Origin: Rhodothermales bacterium
Lineage (GTDB): Bacteria; Bacteroidota; Rhodothermia; Rhodothermales; JAHQVL01
Length of the DNA stretch: 64,000 nucleotides
Assembly: GCA_034439735.1 (NCBI GenBank)
Contig: JAWXAX010000076.1
Span: 536 to 64,535, forward strand
Direction of reading: 5' to 3'
Under the pieces are notes generated by a model. The model worked only from the letters and a program-made list of their open reading frames with translations, was not told the origin of the DNA and made no database searches. Below, piece after piece: positions 1 through 8,611 of this stretch (its first letter is position 1; each line of letters begins with the position of its first letter). Made by a program: the position numbers and the translations under genes.

Positions 1-1
1 A

Positions 2-424
2 AAAGGCAGCTCCCGCCCGCTCGACTTCGGCCACTGGGCCGCCCACCGCCTCGAATCCCTCTCCCGTTTCGGCCTCCGCCACGGCGAGGCCGTGGCCATT
101 GGCATCGCGCTGGATTGCCTCTACGCCAACCGCATCGGCCTCCTCGCCAAGGCCCCGCTCGAACGCATCCTGACGTTGTTCACCGACCTCGGCTTCGCCC
201 TCTATCACCCGGCCCTGTCGGACCACCTGGACGATGCCGCTCATCCGCGCTCGCTCTTCAAAGGACTTGCCGAATTCCGAGAGCATCTCGGCGGACAATT
301 GACGATCTTGCTGCTCGAAGGCATCGGATCGACGTGCGAAGTGCACGAGGTGGATCTCGCTACATACCGCGACGCCATCGGCGTCCTGGAAGAGCGCTTT
401 AGCGTACGCACGATGCCGGTCTGA
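2..424 (+). CDS. 3-dehydroquinate synthase-like sugar-phosphate cyclase (EboD-type), C-terminal fragment; 5' end lies outside the window
   Basis: Frame is open from the window edge. Translation ...LDFGHWAAHRLE...LRHGEAVAIGIALD... carries His-rich metal-site motifs of the DHQS superfamily. Directly followed by EboE- and EboF-type genes. Confidence 0.7.
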   Translation, partial: KGSSRPLDFGHWAAHRLESLSRFGLRHGEAVAIGIALDCLYANRIGLLAKAPLERILTLFTDLGFALYHPALSDHLDDAAHPRSLFKGLAEFREHLGGQLTILLLEGIGSTCEVHEVDLATYRDAIGVLEERFSVRTMPV

Positions 425-428
425 TCGC

Positions 429-468
429 CGAGAACTGCCGAGAACTGCCGTGAACTGCCGTGAACTAG
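429..468. repeat. 4 x 10-bp tandem repeat in the spacer between the DHQS-like gene and eboE
   Basis: CGAGAACTGC CGAGAACTGC CGTGAACTGC CGTGAACTAG read directly. Begins 5 nt after the TGA at 422-424 and ends 10 nt before the ATG at 479. Confidence 0.9.
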
Positions 469-478
469 ATCCCTACCC

Positions 479-1702
479 ATGCGCGCCGGCCCCGAGTCCT
501 ACTTCCACCTGTCGTACTGCAGCAACATCCACCCCGGTGAATCCTGGGCACAGGTCGATGAAACGCTGCGCCGCTACGTGCCGGCCCTCGCAGGCCGGCT
601 CGCGCCCAACGCCCCCTTCGGCCTCGGCCTCCGCCTCTCCGACGACGCCTCGCGCTCGCTCATCGAGCCCTCCGTCCTGATGGCATTTTACGACTGGCTC
701 CAGGCGGAAAACCTGTATGTCTTCACCCTAAATGGCTTCCCGTTCGGCGGCTTCCACCGCCAGGTGGTAAAAGACACGGTCTACATGCCCGACTGGCGCA
801 CGCCGGACCGCGTCGGCTACACGGTCCGCCTTGCCCACATCCTTGCCGGCCTGCTGCCAGAGGGGATCGAAGGGGGGATATCGACCTCCCCGCTCTCCTA
901 CAAGCCCTGGCTGCCCGACGACGCCGCCCGCAAGGACGCCTTCCGCACGTCCACACGACATTACGCCAGCGTCGCCTATGCGCTGGCCGAAATCGAAGCG
1001 CGTACCGGCCGGCCGATCCATCTCGATATCGAACCCGAGCCCGACTGCCTCATCGAAAATACGGCCGAAACCGTACTTTTTTTTACCGACTGGCTGTGGA
1101 CGGAGGGCGCCGCCTTCCTGGCCGGCGCGTACGGCCTGGCCACCGCCGAAGCCGAAAAGCTCCTCCGTCACCACATCCGCGTCTGCTACGATACCTGCCA
1201 CTTCGCCGTCGAATACGAAGAACCCGGCGCCTCGCTCCAGACGTTCGTCGACCACGGCATCGGTATCGGTAAGATCCAGGTCAGCGCCGCCATCCGGGTC
1301 GGCCTCCCGGACGACGCCACCGCACGCACGCGCATCGCCGACTACCTGACCGCCTACGCTGAATCAACCTATCTCCACCAGGTCATCGAACGCCGCGCCG
1401 ACGGATCGCTGCGCCATTTCGACGACCTGATCTACGCGCTGCCGCACATCCACTCACCGGAAGCCCGGGAATGGCGGATCCACTTCCACGTCCCGCTATT
1501 CGCCGACCGCTTTGGCCCGCTCGCCTCGACACGGGATAATATCGAGCCCACCTTGCGCATGATGTACGAGCAGCAGCTCTGTAATCACCTGGAGGTGGAA
1601 ACCTACACCTGGGAGGTGTTGCCGGCTGAACTCAAAGTAGACCTGGGCGCCTCCATCGAACGCGAACTCCAGTGGACGCTCGGCCGCTGGAACCGCCCCT
1701 GA
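479..1702 (+). CDS. eboE: EboE-type TIM-barrel (xylose-isomerase-like) protein
   Basis: 407-aa ORF. N-terminus FHLSYCSNIHPGESW and size fit the EboE family as I remember it. Flanked by DHQS-like and alkaline-phosphatase-like genes in the canonical ebo order. Confidence 0.65.
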   Translation: MRAGPESYFHLSYCSNIHPGESWAQVDETLRRYVPALAGRLAPNAPFGLGLRLSDDASRSLIEPSVLMAFYDWLQAENLYVFTLNGFPFGGFHRQVVKDTVYMPDWRTPDRVGYTVRLAHILAGLLPEGIEGGISTSPLSYKPWLPDDAARKDAFRTSTRHYASVAYALAEIEARTGRPIHLDIEPEPDCLIENTAETVLFFTDWLWTEGAAFLAGAYGLATAEAEKLLRHHIRVCYDTCHFAVEYEEPGASLQTFVDHGIGIGKIQVSAAIRVGLPDDATARTRIADYLTAYAESTYLHQVIERRADGSLRHFDDLIYALPHIHSPEAREWRIHFHVPLFADRFGPLASTRDNIEPTLRMMYEQQLCNHLEVETYTWEVLPAELKVDLGASIERELQWTLGRWNRP

Positions 1703-1712
1703 TCCATCCCCC

Positions 1713-3083
1713 ATGCACCGTACTGTCGTCCTCAACATCGTCGGCCTCACCCCCTCGCTCCTGGGCGAGCATACACCGTTTTTGTCGACATGGGCCAGCG
1801 AGGCCGCGCAGGCCTCCATCGATCCGGTCCTGCCCGCCGTCACCTGCTCCGCCCAGGCCACCTACCTCACCGGCGTACGGCCTACCCGGCATGGCATCGT
1901 GGCGAATGGCTGGTACTTCCGCGACGAATGCGAGGTCAAGTTCTGGCGCCAGTCCAATAAACTCGTCCAGGCGCCCAAGATCTGGGAAACAGCCCGCGCC
2001 TCGAACCCCGACTTCACCTGCGCGAACCTGTTCTGGTGGTACAACATGTACTCGTCGGCCGACTTCAGCGTGACGCCGCGGCCCATGTACCCGGCGAACG
2101 GGCTCAAGCTGCCGGACATCTACACGCAACCCGCCGGCCTGCGCGATAGCCTCCAGGAAAAACTGGGCGTCTTCCCCCTATTCGAGTTCTGGGGGCCGGC
2201 CACCACGATCCGATCCAGCCAGTGGATTGCCCGCGCCGCCATGGAGGTGGAGGAACGCCATGCCCCGACCCTCTCGCTGGTGTATCTGCCGCACCTGGAT
2301 TACAACCTCCAGCGCCTCGGCCCCTCGGACCCGGCCATCGCCACCGACCTCCGCGAGATCGACGCACTCTGCGAAGAACTGATCACGTTCTACGAAAAAC
2401 GCGGCATCCGGGTGATCGCCCTGTCGGAGTACGGCATCCACGATGTCGAACACCCGGTTCACCTCAACCGCCTGTTCCGGAAACAGGAGTGGCTCAACGT
2501 CCGTGTCGAACTGGGACGAGAACTGCTCGACGCCGGCGCCAGCCAGGTCTTCGCCGTTGCCGACCACCAGCTGGCCCACGTCTACGTCAACAATCCCGCC
2601 CTGCTGGACGATGTCCGCGCCCTCCTCGAAGCTACTCCGGGTGTCGCCCGGGTGCTCGATGCCGACGGGAAGCGTGAACACGGGCTCCTCCACGAGCGCT
2701 CCGGCGAACTCGTCGCCATCGCCGATCCCGACGCGTGGTTCACCTACTACTACTGGCTGGACAACGACCGCGCGCCCGACTTCGGGCGGACGGTGGATAT
2801 CCACCGTAAACCTGGCTACGACCCCGCCGAGCTGTTTTTCGACCCGGCCCTGCGCCTTCCCAAACTCCGCGCCGGCCGGCGGCTCCTCCAGAAAAAACTC
2901 GGCTTCCGCTACTTGATGGACGTGATCCCGCTCGACGCCTCCGTCGTCCGTGGCTCCCACGGCCACCTCCCGGACGGGCCGGCCGAACGCCCTTTCCTCC
3001 TCACCCGACACGCCCATCTCGTCCCCGAGACCTCCATCGCCGCCACCGCCGTGCACGATGTCATCCTCGCGCATCTTCGGTGA
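1713..3083 (+). CDS. alkaline phosphatase / nucleotide pyrophosphatase family protein (EboF-type)
   Basis: 456-aa ORF starting 10 nt after the eboE stop. N-terminal VVLNIVGLT...PAVTCSAQATYLTG resembles the nucleophile region of AlkP/NPP-superfamily enzymes. Synteny with ebo genes. Confidence 0.6.
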   Translation: MHRTVVLNIVGLTPSLLGEHTPFLSTWASEAAQASIDPVLPAVTCSAQATYLTGVRPTRHGIVANGWYFRDECEVKFWRQSNKLVQAPKIWETARASNPDFTCANLFWWYNMYSSADFSVTPRPMYPANGLKLPDIYTQPAGLRDSLQEKLGVFPLFEFWGPATTIRSSQWIARAAMEVEERHAPTLSLVYLPHLDYNLQRLGPSDPAIATDLREIDALCEELITFYEKRGIRVIALSEYGIHDVEHPVHLNRLFRKQEWLNVRVELGRELLDAGASQVFAVADHQLAHVYVNNPALLDDVRALLEATPGVARVLDADGKREHGLLHERSGELVAIADPDAWFTYYYWLDNDRAPDFGRTVDIHRKPGYDPAELFFDPALRLPKLRAGRRLLQKKLGFRYLMDVIPLDASVVRGSHGHLPDGPAERPFLLTRHAHLVPETSIAATAVHDVILAHLR

Positions 3084-3103
3084 GATACACACAAGGTACA
3101 CTC

Positions 3104-3682
3104 ATGTCCACGCCTCGCGATTCCGCCAACGTCACCCGACTCATCGCCGACTGGCAGGCGGGCAAGGCCGGCGCGGCCGACGCGCTCTTCCACCAGGTCT
3201 ACCAGGAACTCCGGCGCATGGCCCGCGGCTACATCGCGCGCGAACGGCAGGACCATACCCTCACGCCCACTGGCCTCGTCAATCAGGCCTGCCTACGGAT
3301 GCTCGACGACGAACATGTCGATGCAAAAAATCGCGCCCACTTCTTCGCCATCGTGGCGACGAAGATGCGCCACTACCTGGTCGACTACGCCCGCCGGCGC
3401 AACGCAGTCAAACGAAACAAAGGCGCCGCGCACGAGCCCTTCGAGGACGAGCTCTACCAGCTCACCCAGGATCGGGTCGATGAAATCCTGGCGCTCGACG
3501 AAGCCCTCGAACGCCTCGCGCAGGAAGAGCCGCTTCAGAGCCAGATCGTGGAGATGCGCTACTTCGGAGGCTACACCCAGGAGGAAATCGCGGAGATGTT
3601 GGGCATCTCGCTCAAAAAGGTGCGCAACGAGTGGTATATGGCCCGGGAGTGGCTGAAGGAAGTCCTGCGCGCGGAAAACTAG
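3104..3682 (+). CDS. ECF-type RNA polymerase sigma factor (sigma-70 family)
   Basis: ATG at 3104 gives MSTPRDSANVTRLIADWQAG.... The track start 3080 is a GTG overlapping the upstream TGA (GTGA). Region 4 HTH YTQEEIAEMLGISLKKVRNEW is recognisable. Confidence 0.8.
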   Translation: MSTPRDSANVTRLIADWQAGKAGAADALFHQVYQELRRMARGYIARERQDHTLTPTGLVNQACLRMLDDEHVDAKNRAHFFAIVATKMRHYLVDYARRRNAVKRNKGAAHEPFEDELYQLTQDRVDEILALDEALERLAQEEPLQSQIVEMRYFGGYTQEEIAEMLGISLKKVRNEWYMAREWLKEVLRAEN

Positions 3683-3683
3683 G

Positions 3684-5489
3684 CTAAACAGCTGCCGGCG
3701 CCACCGGCGCCAGCGTGTCCCGAAACTGGCGCGACGCCAGCTCCCGATACACCCCTTCTTGCACGAACAGCGCCTCGTGCGTGCCCTCCTGCACGATCCG
3801 CCCCTGATCCAGCACCAGGATCCGGTCCGCATCCTGAACGGTCGACAGCCGGTGCGCGATGATGAACGTCGTCCGGCCTTTCATCAGATGATCCAGCGCT
3901 TCCTGGACGAGCGCCTCGGAGGTGGAGTCGAGCGAGGAAGTGGCCTCATCCAGCAGCAGGATCCGCGCATCGCGCAGGATGGCCCGGGCGATGGCGATGC
4001 GCTGTTTCTGCCCGCCGCTCAGTTTGGTACCCCGCTCGCCCACCACCGTGTCGTACCCCTCAGGCAGCCCGACAATAAAGGCGCGCGCGTTCGCCGCTTC
4101 GGCCGCCGCTTCGATGGCCGCGTCATCGGCGTCGAGCCGGCCGTAGCGTATGTTCTCCCGCACGGAGGCATTAAACAAATGCACATCCTGCGAAACGACG
4201 GCGATCTGCTCGCGCAGCGAAGCCAGCGTGACGTCGCGGAGGTCGTGCCCGTCCACCATCACCTGCCCCGCATCGGGGTCGTAGAATCGGGGGATGAGAT
4301 TCATTAGCGTCGTTTTGCCGGCACCGCTCGGCCCCACCAACGCTACCTTCTCGCCGGGATGGATCACCCGATCGATTGCCTCCAGCACGGGGAAGTCTTC
4401 GCGGTAGCCAAACCGTACATGGGCAAACCGTACCTCGCCCCGCACCGCCGGCAACGGCCGGGCGTCCGGCGAATCGGTCGTCTCGGGAGCCGTATCCAAC
4501 AGCTCAAACAATCGCTCCGATGCACCGGCTGCGTTGTTGAACGTCGTATACAATTGCGACATCCCGCCGACGGTCCGCGCGATATTGAAGGCGTAGAAGA
4601 CAAACGCCACCAGACCGCCCGAGGTAAGCCGGCCGTTGAGCACCGACACGCCGCCGTACCAGAACAGGCCGATAAGTGCCAGCATGAACAGCAGGCCTAC
4701 GGCCGACCAGAACGCGTTTGTGATCACCACCTTCCGGATCGCCGTCTTGAAGAGCACGTCCACCGACCCGTTGAAGCGGTTGACCTCGTACGGCTCCCTG
4801 GCGAACGCCTTGACGACGCGCACGGCCGAGAGCGACTCCTCGGCGACGGCGGTCGAATCCGCCAGCCGATCCTGCACGTCGCGCGCAAGGACGCGGATTT
4901 TGGCCCCGAAGAACCGCGCGAGCAACATCACGGGCGGAACAGTCATGAAGATGAAAAGACTCATCTGCCAGTCCAACACCACCATCAGCACCGCGGACCC
5001 GATGAGCATCATCGTCTGCCGCACGGCATCGACGAACGACGACGTCACGGCGGTGCGGACCGTGCCTACGTCATTGGTAAGGCGCGACGTCAGATCCCCC
5101 GTGCGCTGATTTGAAAAGAACCGCAGATCGAGGTTCAGGAGATGCGCGTACAGCTGCTTGCGGAGGTCGGTCACCAGGCGCTCGCCGGTCCACTCCAGGA
5201 GATACGAGCCGGCGAATCCGATCGCCGATTGGACCAGAAAAAACGCCATCAACCCCAGCGTCATCCGGTTGAGCAGGCTGCGGTCCGCCTGCTCGAAAAC
5301 AGCGTCCACCATGGCTCGCATCCCGAGCGGGAACAGCAGCCATACGCCCGCAGACACGAGCGTGAGCGCCAGCGCCGCCAGTAGCCGGCCGCGGTAAGGG
5401 CGGCTCAGCCGAAAAATCCGGCCCAACGCTTCCAATAATTTCTTGGGTGGGCGTTTGGGCTCGGGAGGGGGCGCATACCCGGTTTTCAT
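3684..5489 (-). CDS. ABC exporter, fused permease/ATPase (MsbA/multidrug-like)
   Basis: 601 aa. N-terminal multi-TM exporter domain, then Walker A GPSGAGKTT, signature LSGGQKQR and Walker B LLLDEATS. Confidence 0.9.
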   Translation of the reverse strand: MKTGYAPPPEPKRPPKKLLEALGRIFRLSRPYRGRLLAALALTLVSAGVWLLFPLGMRAMVDAVFEQADRSLLNRMTLGLMAFFLVQSAIGFAGSYLLEWTGERLVTDLRKQLYAHLLNLDLRFFSNQRTGDLTSRLTNDVGTVRTAVTSSFVDAVRQTMMLIGSAVLMVVLDWQMSLFIFMTVPPVMLLARFFGAKIRVLARDVQDRLADSTAVAEESLSAVRVVKAFAREPYEVNRFNGSVDVLFKTAIRKVVITNAFWSAVGLLFMLALIGLFWYGGVSVLNGRLTSGGLVAFVFYAFNIARTVGGMSQLYTTFNNAAGASERLFELLDTAPETTDSPDARPLPAVRGEVRFAHVRFGYREDFPVLEAIDRVIHPGEKVALVGPSGAGKTTLMNLIPRFYDPDAGQVMVDGHDLRDVTLASLREQIAVVSQDVHLFNASVRENIRYGRLDADDAAIEAAAEAANARAFIVGLPEGYDTVVGERGTKLSGGQKQRIAIARAILRDARILLLDEATSSLDSTSEALVQEALDHLMKGRTTFIIAHRLSTVQDADRILVLDQGRIVQEGTHEALFVQEGVYRELASRQFRDTLAPVAPAAV

Positions 5490-5700
5490 GATGGACGATC
5501 AGCAAGCAGACTCATGGGGCCAGCGGCGCAGACGCCGGCATAAAAAATCAACCTAACCCGCCGCCAACGGGCAACGTTCCAACCTCTCGATAGGACAGGA
5601 CGCTCCCCGACCGTGTTTGGATCAAAATTGGATCCGTGCGTACCTTTACTCTCCCGGGGACAACTTCCACACCACACGCCAGTTTCTCTGTAGGATCCCT

Positions 5701-6006
5701 ATGCACGCCCATTTTGACACCCCCCTGCCCCCCTCAAGGCCCTCCGAACCTCGGCTCCTCGCCGATGACGACTACTTCGACGAAGAGGACCTCAAGGACA
5801 TCGAATTCGAAGAAGACGATTATTTTGAGGAAGAAGACCTCAAGGACAACTTCTTCGACGAAGAAGACCTGAAGGAAGAGGACGCCGCCGAAGAGGATGA
5901 CTTCTTCGACGAAGACGACCTGGACGACGACTTCTTCGACGAGGACGACCTGGCGGACGACGAGTTTGAGGACGAGGACGATGTTATCGACCTCGTTTAC
6001 AACTGA
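5701..6006 (+). CDS. hypothetical hyper-acidic repeat protein (D/E/F-rich)
   Basis: ATG at 5701 (MHAHFDTPLPP...) in the frame of track ORF 5617..6006. Six or more degenerate DDYFDEEDLKD / DDFFDEDDL units. Codon third positions are mostly G/C as in neighbouring genes. No homolog recognised. Confidence 0.5.
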   Translation: MHAHFDTPLPPSRPSEPRLLADDDYFDEEDLKDIEFEEDDYFEEEDLKDNFFDEEDLKEEDAAEEDDFFDEDDLDDDFFDEDDLADDEFEDEDDVIDLVYN

Positions 6007-6029
6007 CCTCCGACCTTCCCGGGCCTCCC

Positions 6030-6686
6030 TCAGAAGCGCAGGAGCGGCCGGCTCCATACGAGATGCCGGCGAGCGGACTCGAACCCTACCCGGTCGACCG
6101 CTTCTCCCCACGGTTTCCAGGCCACCTGCTCGATGCCTTCTTCGGCCTGTGCCGTAAAGGTCTCCTGCCGCGTGGTCATCTGGTACCAGTACGTCGTTTT
6201 GACGCTATATCGTTCGTTACGCACGTACCCATGAACCGTCGCACCCAGTCCCTGAATCACAACAAGGTCCTTGATCCCTACTTCTTCTCGCACTTCGCGC
6301 ATCGCGCACTGGGGGATCGACTCGCCCGCCTCGAGCTTCCCTTTGGGCAGATCCCACAGCCCGTTACGGTAAATCATCAGCACCTCGGGCTCGCCCGATC
6401 CCTCCTGGCGCGTGACAATCCCGCCGGCAGCTACAATCGCCCGAGGTGGGTAATAGGGTTCGATGTTGACTATCGCCGAGGGGGGAATAAAATTGGATTC
6501 GACCTCGCCCTGGTTGGGAAATCCCTCACCCGGCGCCGCCAGGGCATACGCGTTAACCACGAGAATACGCTCCACGCAGGCCGCAACGGCGTCCTCAAGA
6601 CTGGTAAGCAGGTTCACGGGCCCCACAATCCCCTCACGGGCAATATGCGACAGGTCGTCCTTACGAGCGCAAAAAAAGTAAAGCAT
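6030..6686 (-). CDS. Nudix hydrolase with an additional ~85-aa N-terminal module
   Basis: Nudix box GKLEAGESIPQCAMREVREEVGI in the C-terminal two thirds. The N-terminal MLYFFCARKDDLSHIAREGIVGP...ILVVNAYAL...FIPPSAI lies outside the Nudix fold. Confidence 0.85.
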   Translation of the reverse strand: MLYFFCARKDDLSHIAREGIVGPVNLLTSLEDAVAACVERILVVNAYALAAPGEGFPNQGEVESNFIPPSAIVNIEPYYPPRAIVAAGGIVTRQEGSGEPEVLMIYRNGLWDLPKGKLEAGESIPQCAMREVREEVGIKDLVVIQGLGATVHGYVRNERYSVKTTYWYQMTTRQETFTAQAEEGIEQVAWKPWGEAVDRVGFESARRHLVWSRPLLRF

Positions 6687-6919
6687 GAGCGATGTTCGGG
6701 GCAGACCCGGCGGGCCTCTGGCGAAGCGTTCTTAGATCGAATTCCTTTCAATCTAGGGCATGAACCTGCTTCTCGAAAGCCCTCCGTACAAGGTTTTGCG
6801 GGAAGTCCACGCTGAGGCCTCTCGGCGCACGACGCAAAACAGAGGCGCGCCCCTTTTTTCCAAGCCCTGTGTTGCCGATATTGGCTCCACTTCACGACCA
6901 TTCATCATCCCATCCCACT

Positions 6920-7306
6920 ATGAAACTGCTTGTCGTCCTCCTCCTTGCCGCATTCACCTTCTCCGTCGCCGCCTTCATGCAGCCCAATCAGAAAGGCCCC
7001 GTTCGCCACGTGGTCGTCTTCAAGTACAAAGCCGATGCCACCGAAGCCCAGATCGCCGAAATCACGACCGCGTTCCGCGCGCTGAAAGGGAAGATCCCCG
7101 GCATCACCGCGTTTGAACACGGGATCAACAACAGCCCCGAAGGCCTGAACCAGGGCTTCACGCACGTCTACGTGCTCACCTTCACCGATGCTGCCGCTCG
7201 CGACGCCTATCTGCCCCATCCGGAGCATGACCTGTTCGGCGCTCTGCTTCGCGGATCGGGTATCTTCGAAGGGGCGTTTGTGGTCGACTACGAGGTCGGC
7301 GAATAA
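6920..7306 (+). CDS. secreted Dabb (stress-responsive alpha/beta-barrel) family protein
   Basis: ATG at 6920 gives signal-like MKLLVVLLLAAFTFSVAAF. VRHVVVFKYK...GITAFEHG...FTHVYVLTF...YLPHPEH fits the Dabb domain pattern. Confidence 0.75.
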   Translation: MKLLVVLLLAAFTFSVAAFMQPNQKGPVRHVVVFKYKADATEAQIAEITTAFRALKGKIPGITAFEHGINNSPEGLNQGFTHVYVLTFTDAAARDAYLPHPEHDLFGALLRGSGIFEGAFVVDYEVGE

Positions 7307-7314
7307 CTACCTGC

Positions 7315-8526
7315 CTACCACGTCAGCCATTCGATCTCCACCTGCGTCCCGGCCTTCGCCTCGGCCCACGACTCGGGCAGATGAATGATGCAGTTGGCGG
7401 CCAACACCGACGAGTACAGATTCGATGCCTGGGAGCCTGTATCACGCACCGTGAGACGGCCATCGGCTTCGTATCGAGCGACGCCCCGGCTGAAGAAGTG
7501 CAGGCCCGGCACCTTGGCCGTATCCGCGGCCAGTATCGCCGGGTGGCGCGGCCGGGTGAGGGTCGTTCGCCCCAGCATCCGAGCCAGCGCCGGACGTACG
7601 TACTGCTCGAAACACATCGCCGAGGACACGGGGTTGCCCGGTAGGCCGAACACGGGCTTCCCCTGCAGCAACCCGAATGCCAGGGGATTGCCCGGGCGCT
7701 GCTTCACCTTCCAGAACAGCAACTCCATGCCGGCCTCGTCGAGTTGTTGCTTGACGAGGTCGTAGTCGCCGACGGAGACTCCGCCCGAAAACACAAGCAC
7801 ATCCGCCACGAGCGCCTGTTGAATCACCAAGCGGATACTGTCTGCGGTGTCCCGCGCCAGCAGCGGCGGAAGTGGCTCCCCGCCGGCGGCCGCGACCTGC
7901 GCGCAAAGCGCGTAGCCGCTTGAGTTCCGAATCCTGCCCGGCGTCAGCGGCTCGGATGGATGGAGTAGCTCGTCGCCTGTCGCGATGACGGCCACGACCG
8001 GCGCCTTGCGCACGGCCACTCGGGCGTATCCGAGGGTCGCCAGCATCCCGATGCCGGGCGGGGTGACGACCTCGCCGGAGGCCATCATCCGTTGACCTCG
8101 GCGCGCGTCCTGACCGGCCGGCCGCACATGCATACCCGGCGCGGGGGCCCGCTTGATCCGTACGCGCCCATCCGGCAACGCCTCCGTCCATTCCACGGGC
8201 GCGATGGCGTTGGCGCCGGCGGGGACCGGGGCGCCAGTCATGATCCGGGCACACGTCCCGCGGGTTACCTCGCGCGATGGAACCGCGCCGGCGGGAATGT
8301 CGTCGATCACCTCCAGACTCGCCACGCCGCCGGCCACGTCTTCCGCGAGCAGCGCAAACCCGTCCATCGCCGAGTTCGCAAAGGGCGGGATGTCGTCCTG
8401 GCTCACGATGTCCTCCGCCAGCGTCCGCCCCGGGCTCGCGTCAAAATCAATCGTTTCCACGGGCTGCACGCGCACGGCATCGAGTACAATTAATCGGGCA
8501 TTTTCGACGGAGATAAGCGTTTGCAT
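7315..8526 (-). CDS. moeA: molybdopterin molybdenumtransferase MoeA
   Basis: 403 aa. PPFANSAMDGFA and FSGGVSVGDYDLVK motifs and overall MoeA domain order. Confidence 0.9.
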   Translation of the reverse strand: MQTLISVENARLIVLDAVRVQPVETIDFDASPGRTLAEDIVSQDDIPPFANSAMDGFALLAEDVAGGVASLEVIDDIPAGAVPSREVTRGTCARIMTGAPVPAGANAIAPVEWTEALPDGRVRIKRAPAPGMHVRPAGQDARRGQRMMASGEVVTPPGIGMLATLGYARVAVRKAPVVAVIATGDELLHPSEPLTPGRIRNSSGYALCAQVAAAGGEPLPPLLARDTADSIRLVIQQALVADVLVFSGGVSVGDYDLVKQQLDEAGMELLFWKVKQRPGNPLAFGLLQGKPVFGLPGNPVSSAMCFEQYVRPALARMLGRTTLTRPRHPAILAADTAKVPGLHFFSRGVARYEADGRLTVRDTGSQASNLYSSVLAANCIIHLPESWAEAKAGTQVEIEWLTW

Positions 8527-8611
8527 AAAGTGCCGGCTGATTCTGGCGATTATCGACGTAAGTTCATCCCCAATGTACTACTTACACCCCTGTATCCCCT
8601 GAGGAACGTCC

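Noticed and set aside
1077-1084. T8 homopolymer inside eboE, and A8 at 11593-11600 inside the CCC transporter, as phase-variation tracts.
   Set aside because: Both simply encode Phe-Phe in frame within conserved-looking segments. There is no sign of frameshifted copies or alternative frames continuing the protein.
5734-6111. Antisense ORF (125 aa, Val/Phe/Leu/Glu-rich) opposite the acidic-repeat gene.
   Set aside because: It is the mirror image of the GAx/TTC codon repeats. It overlaps the Nudix gene 3' end and has no start context or motifs. The acidic frame is the more plausible coding frame, though that frame is itself unproven.
6816-6862. Stem (GCCTCT/AGAGGC) followed at a distance by CCTTTTTTCC, considered as the terminator of a small RNA upstream of the Dabb gene.
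   Set aside because: The stem is short, the T-run is 7 nt from the stem, and there is no upstream plus-strand promoter or gene evidence. I cannot support an sRNA from sequence alone.
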